Source: Paraglomus brasilianum
Taxonomy: Eukaryota
NCBI GenBank assembly: GCA_910592345.1
Contig: CAJVPI010000030.1
Span: 55,922-75,921, forward strand
Reading direction: 5' to 3'
DNA length: 20,000 nt
The translations under genes were made by a program, and so were the position numbers. Positions 10,401-20,000 of the stretch are shown here, piece after piece. The notes under the pieces were generated by a model, which was not told the origin of the DNA, searched no databases, and saw nothing but the letters and a program-made list of their open reading frames with translations. Numbering within the stretch: position 1 is the stretch's first letter; every line of letters begins with the position of its first letter.

Positions 10401-12339
10401 TTCCTCAAACAGTTCCCCGACCTATGTAACAATATCAAGCGACAGTTGGATACTGTTCGAATATTTAATCCAATTGTTTCACTACAAGAAGAAATCTTAC
10501 CATCTTTGTCCAATACTCTAAACAGACTTTGAAAATCTCCCGTTCTTCTACTTGCGTGATTTTTATTAAATACCAATGGGCTATATTTAAGACTTCTCGG
10601 TTTGCGTCATTTTCCAATAACTACAGACCATTTAAATATCCAGTTAACAATATACACTGTCGATCAATGTAATGACAACGTTTCATCTTACCTTGAGATG
10701 TACGCCAAGAAAACTCGTAAAGAACAGTGCCAAGTTTTGAATAAACTCTTGTTCATCATTAGAACTTTGTTGATACACGGTAGAAATGTCTATGCATATA
10801 TTATACATTATTAAATATGATTGAAATCAACCGTGCAATACTGCAATATAAGCTTGTGAAGCATCATCACCTGTATTCATCGGAATCATCACCGAGACTG
10901 ACGCAACGACCATATTGAATAGTACGATGAACTTGTTATCGTATTCGCTGCCGACTTTCAGCGCACCAATCTCGGTCAAACATTTCAACGCCACATTTCG
11001 AAATTCCGTCGTTTGTAAAAACTACAAAATGGACAATGTTTAGAGCAAACCAATAGTGAGGTTGATGAGAAAACATAAAAAATTGAAATACCCTTGTGCG
11101 CAGATTTTCAATAATATTGGTCTCGAATATATATCCCAATGGAATCCAATTTAAAAATCGCAAAAGTGTCTCAAGCGTAGCCCTTATGAGACTCGGTTGT
11201 TGCGCCTTTTCCAAGACTTCGTTACACAATTCAAAGACTTTGGAAAATTCATTGCACATCTGAGTCTTTAGATTTGTTGTTTTATCTTGAGTCATCTGTT
11301 CTGCTGAATAATCGAATATCTCCTCGCTGATAATAACAGTACTTGTTATAATAAATTAATTGGGATAAAACTTTGTAAAGAAGACTGCAATGTACCTTAA
11401 TAGTTTGAGAATGGCCATGTTATTCTCGCAGATGTTTAGGTTCGCTCTGCCGGTATTTACAATCTCAGGAATAAATTGTGGCCAATTGTGTGGCCATTCT
11501 TGCTTTAGGATCTGTAATAAAGACACACGGTTGACAATCAGTAAGATGACGCATGTTTACAACTGGGGAAAGATCGATGACCTGCCTGTACTAATATTAA
11601 GTTCAACTTGTTGAGGTAAGTTTTTTCCGATCGTAAAGTTTTCTCGTTTTCAGAGGTATCAATTATAATGTTCACAATAAAGTTACGAATTCCTGAAAAA
11701 AGTATCAATATATCAAACGCGTCAAAAACAATCTAAAGCCAGTCCTTGAAACAACAGCGACGCACGCAAATCACATACCCATTCTTTGTTCCGCCGGAAG
11801 GATCTTCCATCGTGTCGAGATGAGTTTTTCCAAGATTTGAAGAGCAAGAAACTAATACAATGCAAAAAGAAAGACTTTTTCAGTATGAATGCCAGTGATT
11901 CCAGTTAGCAATGTCATTCAAAAATGTAAATAGTATACTTTTGTATGTTGGAATTTTGACTGGGAGAGAATAGAGTCAACTCTTAACCAAGCATCAGCGT
12001 TCTCTTGGAATTGTGTGAGGACTTGCTGGGCCATATGTTGCTGAAGAAGATCCATATATCGGAACAAGTAATCAAGTAAGTTCAACATCAGAGCAACACA
12101 GCAGCGACGAGACATTCATACAAATTCGATCCTGATCAAACCTCCTGCCCAATCCCCGTATAAAACGTTTTTACGACAGCATCTAGCTTCTCAACGTCAA
12201 GATCCTGCGAGAAGTCTAATATACTCTGACGGTACGTTTAAATGGCAACAAAATGTAAACGCGTCCTTTTTGCTTCATGAACTTCACGGATAATAATGAA
12301 TTATAAAAGCAGATGACTTGAAAGATCGTTTACCTCCAT
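7471..12339 (-). CDS. CRM1: Exportin-1 (CRM1) nuclear export receptor, 22 exons, 1072 aa
   Basis: Exons (minus): 12334-12339, 12142-12225, 11939-12040, 11779-11851, 11586-11692, 11396-11511, 11092-11326, 10871-11021, 10692-10789, 10501-10620, 10236-10421, 9996-10157, 9855-9930, 9569-9778, 9338-9489, 9153-9257, 8865-9078, 8553-8782, 8334-8481, 8038-8268, 7793-7967, 7471-7708; total 3219 nt in frame. Hallmarks: [43 protein letters not shown] (acidic loop), [55 protein letters not shown]. Confidence 0.97.
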
Positions 12340-15300
12340 TACGAGGTTCTACGACGCTACTGGGCTAAGTATGCAAACAGAGGCTTACGAGTTGATTGAA
12401 TAAGGAGCCAAAATTGTGGTTAGAATGGTTTAAACAGATTTATAGTTATACAGACTGTCGGTACAGAAAAACTCAGCGTCCTAGCGCGCTTTCAGAATAA
12501 ACAGTGCCAACAGAATGACAAAGAATTCCCCAAAATAAATTTTATTCTTTTTCCATGCCCAAAAATATTTACAGAGAAGTGTGCTGATTTGCAAGGGTGA
12601 CTACGGCTACTAAATCTCTTAACGAACAAGCAAAAAAAAAGCTTCAAACATAAAGTAACAGTACAGAGAACAACAAACCTTTGGCCTTTATCAAATGGGA
12701 AAGGAGAGAGAGGGTTCGTCCGTGATTTATGGGCAAAGTTTAAAAGTCAGTACATGGTCTTATATCGATCCTGAATTTGATGACGTAAGCACAAAGCCGA
12801 TTAGTAATATGGTATTTCCCTTGATTGCAATCGGACACGGATTTTTTTCGCGCTCGAAACCCGATGGGACCTCTTTGTGTGAATGTTAGATACAAACACA
12901 AATATATTTGTCATACATAATGTTGCAATTGAATCAATTTTTTTGACTTTGAATAGGTGCATCTTATTATTGTTGTTATTCTAGTACGTTACCTACTTTA
13001 TCTAATTACCTATAACCTAGAGATTATGTTGGATCACTCAATCAGATCTTGTGCGTCGTCAGATCAGATGATGGTTGCGCCATCAAAATTTTGTGTTCAT
13101 TACGCGAAAAATTACGTCTGCGTCATCACCCGACTTTTGACGATGAGATCGTATTTGTGTCAACGGGTTAATTGAACAATAATACAATTGCACGATCTCG
13201 AATGACGATCAGATCGACGATTTCATCATCATTCTGGCGATCAAAACTAGAAATAACAACTTATTTAATCACGGTGTCCGTGACAAGTGTATGTACATTG
13301 CACAGAGTCATGCTCTCAGCAACAACGACCTTGAATAAATTAACAATTTCGGTACAACAACACTCTATAACTTCTGCAAGCCATCAAATGGTTGGCAGCA
13401 AATCAACTAATTATAGATGAAGAAGAAAAATTCCTCTGGCTCATAAAGCTCTTATTCCCTGGAGTTTAATGAAGCATGAGAAAGTAGAATTAGTCAAAAG
13501 TCAGCAGGTTACCAGTACCAGTGGAAGCCTACAGTAATACCACTAAGACACTCTATTAATTAATTTTTTGAAGCAGATATAAATGCTTACAAGAATAGGA
13601 TTGCCCAAGTATAGATTAAAAAACTTACCCAAAGTAAAAGAGAAATATCGATGAAATCTATGCTAGTTTGATTTCACCTAAGGTTAAGGTATGCAGATTC
13701 CTCAATGGATATGACAACAAAAGAAGATGTTGAGTTAGACAGTGGTTTGTAAGCGCAAACGTGGCTATAGAAAAGGAAATCTTGATGCTCTTACTTTTAT
13801 GGTAAGATTGCAAATATTACTCGCCCTTAATTCTGCAGTTGTTAGAGCCTTGAAATCTGGAAGTAATTGCTTACGTTCGCTTTCTTTTCTACAGGACTTT
13901 GTAATTGGCGTTTTTATCCACAATGTTTAAGTAAAATGATATTCGCTAAGCAAGGGATTTTCAATTATACTATCAATTGATATGAATAATAATTTGTAAT
14001 TTGAAAATTATTGTGTCTAAATTCTATTAACAGATGAAAAAACACTTTATGACGTAAATCACTTCATTTTCAGATCTATAAATATTTGCGTCATCAGTTG
14101 CATGCTATCCGCAGTCACAACGACGAATGAAATAATTACACGATTCAAAAGTGCTTATAAAAACGAGAGGGAGGTGATGCTATTCGATGTTCATTGTGTG
14201 CGGTTCCCCGACTTTGTATCACATAAGTCGAAATACAGTAAAAAGCTTGTTTACACATTTCACGCGTTTAATTCGGTTCACTTTATAAATCTCCGCTTGA
14301 AAAAGAAACAACCCAACGCCAAAACATACCACTTTTTGAAACAAGAACACACACAGTATTAAATTTTATTGAGAATTTTCAAAAAAGCGTTGCAATAAAG
14401 TTATTGACATGTGCGAAAAAAAAGTATTGATCTCATGTATTCTGCTGACTATGTTCCTACATCTAGCCACATTACAGGAGAAGAGATATCATATATTTGT
14501 ATTTTCCTCGAAGCATTTCTGTGAACTATTCTTAGTAGCTATTATATGCTTCGTTATCTGAGCGAGATTATATTGAATAATATAATTATAATTATGTCAT
14601 ATCGCCCGATGGGTTTGACATTTGAGCAATATATCTCAAAAATGTCTATTCAGTCTAAGCTGCTGATATATCACAATCGAGAATGTCATGAATATTATCT
14701 ATAAGATCCTACTTATAATATCTGATATGTCCATTGCAGCAAAAATTGCAACCTTTCTTCTTCTATATTCGTATTACTGCAATCATAACCACGCATGCTG
14801 TTTTTTGAGCGAGAATTAGCTACACAAGCGAGATAATAGATAGGTTAAAAGTCTAACTATTTTATCCTCACAAACCACGTCGTTGGAGAGCTGGCTCCTA
14901 ACGTTACTAAGACTTGAGCAGCTTGGTTTTTGCAAAAAAGTTGTGTGATAAATACTTTTTAGATCCCATCCAAAAATATAAGAGACAACTTTTGAGTTGC
15001 TATCGTTGGCGTTGTTTATACGCTGTCGATACAGATTGAGAAAATCCACTGAATCGGTGTTATTTGCAGTTGCTTATCCCTAAATGCACGTCATGATTTA
15101 TGCTGTTGATAACATCTGTCACGGAGGAAGGATTCTAGTAAATCAATCTTGAAGAGGATGTTTATTCAAGTTTACAATGCTTCTGCACCCACCTGGCTGT
15201 CAACATTTTATTTCAACCAATAGTAATGTAAGTATTAGAAAATGCTCGAACAACCAATAACATTCTCATGTATTTCTATAAATAGAATTATTTTACAACT

Positions 15301-15761
15301 GAGTGAATTCACTAACTGTTGGCTCACAAATGAGAGCCTAAGTAGGTTATTGCGGTTATACTTAATATTCTAACTTCGATACTATTAATCAAGTTTAATC
15401 GCTCGAGAAATGATAGTCATATTCAGTACGTGAAGAAATCTTTTCGTCTGCTTAATTATTCTCTGCTGCAAGCGCTAGATGTTTACTTGTAAATACGCGT
15501 TTCAGCGCAAGACACGCGCATATGAACCGTATGAAGAAATTAATGGAGCATTCCAAAATGACTATAATTTTTTTTCCTATGTAATTACATGACGATACAG
15601 CGTTAATCAAGATTTCTCAAGCGTGTTTTTATTGGGAGGGATTATGAATAGCGAGATCATGTCACTTGGAAATATGCAGAGGTAAGAGCTATATATTGTA
15701 TACGATCCAGTCCTCCAAATTTGAGAGTACAAGTTTTAATGATTAGGGATTCCAACTGTCA

Positions 15762-15957
15762 AGAATTGCACATTATAATTTAGACTATCGATGCAAAATC
15801 GAGCCCCAATATTCGACATTTTGGTTGGGTTTTGCGATATCGTAATGATTCAGTAGAAGCAAAGAACAGAGGTTTTTGAACCGGAACTTCAGTTACGGGC
15901 ATGATGTTTACTCGAATAGTACAAAAAGCACCGCAAGTCCGCGGGTTCAAAACAATC
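15762..15957 (+). ncRNA. Candidate box H/ACA-like RNA (hairpin-hinge-hairpin-ACA)
   Basis: 5' hairpin (GCAAAATC/GGTTTTGC, CCAA/TTGG, CATTAT/GTAATG), purine-rich hinge with ANANNA matches (AAAGAA 15861-15866, AGAACA 15863-15868), 3' hairpin closed by TTTTGAACC/GGTTCAAAA (15874-15882/15944-15952), then ACA at 15952-15954. Confidence 0.35.
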
Positions 15958-16292
15958 AATTAAACCAATTTCTATGGTGAGAATTCCAATTTAAGAGTAA
16001 ATTTAATTTGCCAATCCTAGTTGTGACTTGGACGCGCGAACAAGAACTACGTACATTTATAGCAAAGAGTCGAGACATAACAACATAATATTTGATATAT
16101 TCCGAATTAGTATGTCACCTTTTTTATTAATCCAGCAAGTTCAGCTATTGGACTCTCGCGAGAAGACATTCTCGTTACTCAGGAGTTTCGTTGAACACTG
16201 TTCATCTTTTCACGTACTGGAAACGTCACTGTCAATTTTTGCTACACATTATAGTTTATAAGCGTCCATCGCGACTTGACCTTTCCGATCAT

Positions 16293-17701
16293 TCACCAGC
16301 CTCTCTTGGCCATAAGCTCTGTCTCGGGTAACGAATCAATATTTATTCCAACCTAAAATCATATTCACGTACAAGCAAAATAACATTAGCAAGTACAGAA
16401 TGGTATGTGTCACTTGCAATAAGGTTGTATTATGGTCGCGGCACATTCACACCTACCATTGCTTCTCCGAGATCTTCCGATACTCTAGCTAGTACTTCTG
16501 GATCATTATAATGAGTTACCGCCTGCACAATGGCTTCTGCTCTTTTTGCCGGATCGCCAGATTTAAAGATACCACTTCCAACGAATACTCCATCACATCC
16601 CAGTTGCATCATCATCGCTGCATCTGCAGGACTATAGATATGAGAAGAGATCAAATGTGTGAGAGAAAAAACGAGCTTGCTCATTCAATATTCAGACATT
16701 AAGAAATGTCATGACGGACTTGATCTGCCCTAGAACGAACGAACGTTCAACTATACGTAAGTACTCACGTAGCAATCCCACCGGCCGAGAAATTAACAAC
16801 TGGTAAGCGCCCTAATTTGGCGGTACGCTTCAACAAATCATATGGTGCACCCAATTCCTTCGCGTAAGTAAACAACTCATCCTCATTCATTGCCGAAGCA
16901 CGTTTAATCTGTGAAGTTATCGTGCGCATATGGCGCACTGCCTCGACTATATTTCCTGTTCCAGCCTCGCCTTTTGTACGTATCATAGCGGCACCCTCGG
17001 ATATACGTCGAAGCGCTTCACCGAGATTACGAGCTCCACAAACAAAGGGTATTTTGAAATTGTGTTTGTTGATATGATGTTGTTCATCAGCTGGTGTCAA
17101 GACTTCCGATTCGTCTATATAGTCGACTCCCAAAGCTTCGAGGATCTTGAAAATAGAGTTGAGAGTTGATTTTGGAATGAATGCTGACGTACACTACCGA
17201 ATCCATTATGAATACACTTGCCTGAGCTTCAACAAAATGTCCAATTCGTGCCTTAGCCATTACGGGAATTGTAACCGCTGCTTTGATTTCCTTGATCATC
17301 TTTGGATCAGACATGCGGGAAACGCCACCTGAATGGGTACGAATAACGAAATTAATCGATATTCAAGCAATTCTAATCGACAGATCACTTGTCCATATTA
17401 TATACCGTTTCGCCTGATATCTGCTGGCACACGTTCCAAGGCCATAACAGCCGCGGCGCCTGCCTCTTCGGCTATTCTTGCTTGTTCAACGTTTACTACA
17501 TCCATAATAACTCCACCCTATAACAAAATATAATCAACACTGCATTACAAAATATCATTATCCAAGGCTGTCAGCGCATACCTTTAACATTTGTGCTAGA
17601 CCAGCCTTGACCTGAAAGGAGGCCTGTGGAGGCTTTCCATTCAACTCGGTTGTGGTCAGCTCGCTGGCAACTAAATTTGTTGGTACAGTAAAACTAGACA
17701 T
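16293..17701 (-). CDS. PDX1: Pyridoxal 5'-phosphate synthase subunit PDX1 (SNZ family), 6 exons, 316 aa
   Basis: Exons (minus): 17582-17701, 17406-17517, 17222-17328, 16769-17145, 16457-16631, 16293-16352; total 951 nt. Motifs [107 protein letters not shown]-terminal MAKRGW*. Confidence 0.97.
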
Positions 17702-18061
17702 GTTTAAGTCTAAACGCAGAAAGACTAAAAATAAATTTAGAAAAGTCGATGGTAAAACGGAGCAAGAGCGGATAACGATAGTTGAAAATAAATTAGTATT
17801 ACTAAGTAAACGGGTGTATTGAAGGAAACGAGCTTTTTTTTTTGTTAGATCAGTTAAGAATTATGTAATCATCAATTTCAGATCGGGGTTGTTCAACCAT
17901 CTACGGGTTTAGTAGTTCCGTTAGACTCGTGATCATCATCTACCCAAGATCGACTTTTTTGGCCAAATCCGGGCGCCGACGGTAAATTACAGGTATTAAT
18001 ACACTAATTAAATGATACGTAGGAGTAGTACAATTGCAGATTCATCGTGTTTCACTATTCC
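17702..18061. promoter_or_regulatory. Compact divergent (probably bidirectional) promoter region PDX1 / JMJD4
   Basis: Only 360 bp between the two head-to-head ATGs; CpG-retaining GC patch GGCCAAATCCGGGCGCCGACGG at 17961-17982 and a poly-T tract at 17834-17843. Confidence 0.6.
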
Positions 18062-19885
18062 ATGTCCCTTCCTTACCCACGAGAGTATACACACATTGAT
18101 TATATCCCATACTTGGATACACCGCCCATATACGAAGATTTTTTTAGATTATATCTGTATCCAAATATACCAGTACTCATTGGATCTGCTCTAACCGAAA
18201 ACTGGAAGGCACGACAAGAATGGATAACTATCATCGAAAATCGGCAAAAGCAATGCAAAAAAACCGACAAGGACAATCTGATCAAGATTGACGATAGTAA
18301 CCATGATACGAATCGTAACGAAAATGTGCATAGAATTTGCCGAGAATTCCAAGAAGCGGTGCCAAATTTTGCTTACCTTCGTCAACGGTTTGGCGATGCG
18401 CAAGTATCGGTAGCCGATTGCTCGCTGCGATATTTCACAGACCAGCCAAGAGTTCAGATGAAGTTTTGTGAATTTATTGACATATGGGAGAAGACTTCAC
18501 TTCAACGTCGAGGCACTAACCAGGAAACGATTGCCATGGTTGGTGCTGATGACGATCGTGCACATGACGATGGGTTGCTATACTTGAAAGACTGGCATTT
18601 TGTAAAAGCATTTCCCGAGTATTCTGCATATGACACGCCGGAGATGTTTCAAGGTGCGTCGGGTATGTCAAAGTCCCATTTAGAGACACGAGAAAAAGCT
18701 AAAATATTTAATAATTATAACCAAGACGATTGGATCAATGAGTTTTGGAGTCATGAGACTGATGATGATTATCGATTTGTATACATGGTATGCTGTCCTT
18801 TTTGCTTCTTTGTTTTGCAAGGAATGTTGGTATGCGAAAAGAATGTCTCGATCATGGCAAGTCCCTTTCTCCATTTAATAATTCTTATTATGCAGGGTGG
18901 AGATTCAACGTTTTCGCCATTCCATTGCGATGTATACAGGTAATCCTTTGCGCAATTACTAGGATGGCAGTCAGATATCCGTCTGTTACAGATTCTCTAA
19001 TTGTCATGCATTCCCAAAAATTTCAATTTCCACACACACGTATACTCATTTTTTCTCTCGTCTTTTGTTATAATAAGATCGAATTCCTGGTCATCTAACA
19101 TTTGCGGGATAAAAAAATGGACACTCTTTCCACCTCACCAAGAAGAATTTTTCAAAGACTCCCTAAACAACAAAGTCTATGATATCCGTTCAGTGGATAA
19201 TACCAAATTTCCCAACTTTTCCAAAGCAAAGCGCTTCGTCATCTATCAACATGCAGGGGAAACTCTATTTGTACCTTCAGGCTGGTATCATCAAACAGAG
19301 AATATTGGTGATACCATCTCAATAAACCATAACTGGGCAAATTCAACCAATCTTGATCTTACCTATTCAGGATTGAGAGAAGACTTGAATGAAATAGAAT
19401 ACGCTATTAGAGATGTAAAGGAGATGATGGGAACCGAAGAATTTGTGCAGACATGTCAAACACTCTTAATGACTAATTCAGGATGGAATTGGACTGTATT
19501 TTGGAAAATGATCAAGTTTATTAGTAACAGACTATTAGAGACAGACAAGCATGGGGAGAGAAACAATGAAGAAAAATTGGATGAAAAGGAAGACATAGAC
19601 AAAGTAAAAGGAGATGATATCTTGAGAGAAGGTAAAACCCAATGGAAAGTGCCAGATATGACATTACAGCCACCGATTGTTTTCATACTTGAAAGGTTGA
19701 GTGACGTAACCACCGATTTCTTGCGTCAACCAAATGTTTGCTCATTTTTAATGACGCAATTCCCTATGGAAACTGAAGAGGAGCTATTTGGTATAGTTGA
19801 AGAAATAGATAAAATTCTTGCAAAGTTAAAACAAACAAACGATACAATATTGCAATGTAGTCAATCGAATACAAAACTCATCTGA
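18062..19885 (+). CDS. JMJD4: JMJD4-like JmjC 2-oxoglutarate/Fe(II) oxygenase, 4 exons, about 501 aa
   Basis: Exons 18062-18653, 18726-18787, 18896-18939, 19078-19885; total 1506 nt. JMJD4-type motifs LYLKDWHF, DDWINEFW, DDYRFVYMGGDSTFSPFHCDVYRSNSWSSNICGIKKW (HxD), QHAGETLFVPSGWYHQTENIGDTISINHNW (third Fe ligand H). Start codon chosen as the first in-frame ATG. Confidence 0.92.
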
Positions 19886-20000
19886 GGCTATTGTAATTGT
19901 TATTATCATTATTATTTATTATGATCACATGGGGCAGACTGCAACAAAACCAGACAAAGTGAACATTCTGAAATAAGAGGCTGGTGTGGCTGAAAGTTAA

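Noticed and set aside
8124..11614. Multiple short plus-strand ORFs within CRM1
   Set aside because: Antisense to CRM1 exons with no independent coding signal.
12695..15049. Short ORFs (62-86 aa) between CRM1 and PDX1
   Set aside because: Mostly alternative starts, no domains and no coherent exon chain; at most a heavily decayed remnant at ~13350-13810.
15900..15955. tRNA (GGTTCAAA B-box-like), SECIS (ATGA...AA) or C/D box (ATGATG) interpretation
   Set aside because: No cloverleaf, no 3' GA for the SECIS core and no downstream CTGA D box.
16632..16768. Longer PDX1 intron as riboswitch or snoRNA host
   Set aside because: No TPP aptamer consensus and no properly spaced C/D or H/ACA boxes seen.
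18012..18061. Upstream ATG at 18012 as the JMJD4 start
   Set aside because: Out of frame with the JmjC ORF, and the only GT-AG between them is about 21 nt, too short for an intron; could at most be an overlapping uORF.

Overview
Eukaryotic nuclear DNA, AT-rich with short (about 65-140 nt) spliceosomal introns; the style suggests an early-diverging fungus (Mucoromycota/Glomeromycotina-like), which is inference. Three intact intron-rich housekeeping genes were reconstructed by hand: exportin-1 CRM1/XPO1 (minus, 22 exons, 1072 aa), PLP synthase subunit PDX1/SNZ1 (minus, 6 exons, 316 aa) and a JMJD4-like JmjC oxygenase (plus, 4 exons, about 501 aa), the last two head-to-head. The first ~6 kb is decayed accessory DNA: a frameshifted plus-strand gene relic, a CpG-depleted RRM-like pseudogene next to a hairpin cluster, and a dead Tc1/mariner element carrying a nested TA-flanked MITE with an internal tandem duplication. 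The most notable unexplained signals are a long G.U-supported RNA hairpin in the GU-rich region downstream of CRM1, a candidate H/ACA-type RNA downstream of PDX1, GC-AG introns, stop-free 3n introns, and a PDX1 intron whose start mimics the last exon. No new biological system can be claimed with confidence from sequence alone.
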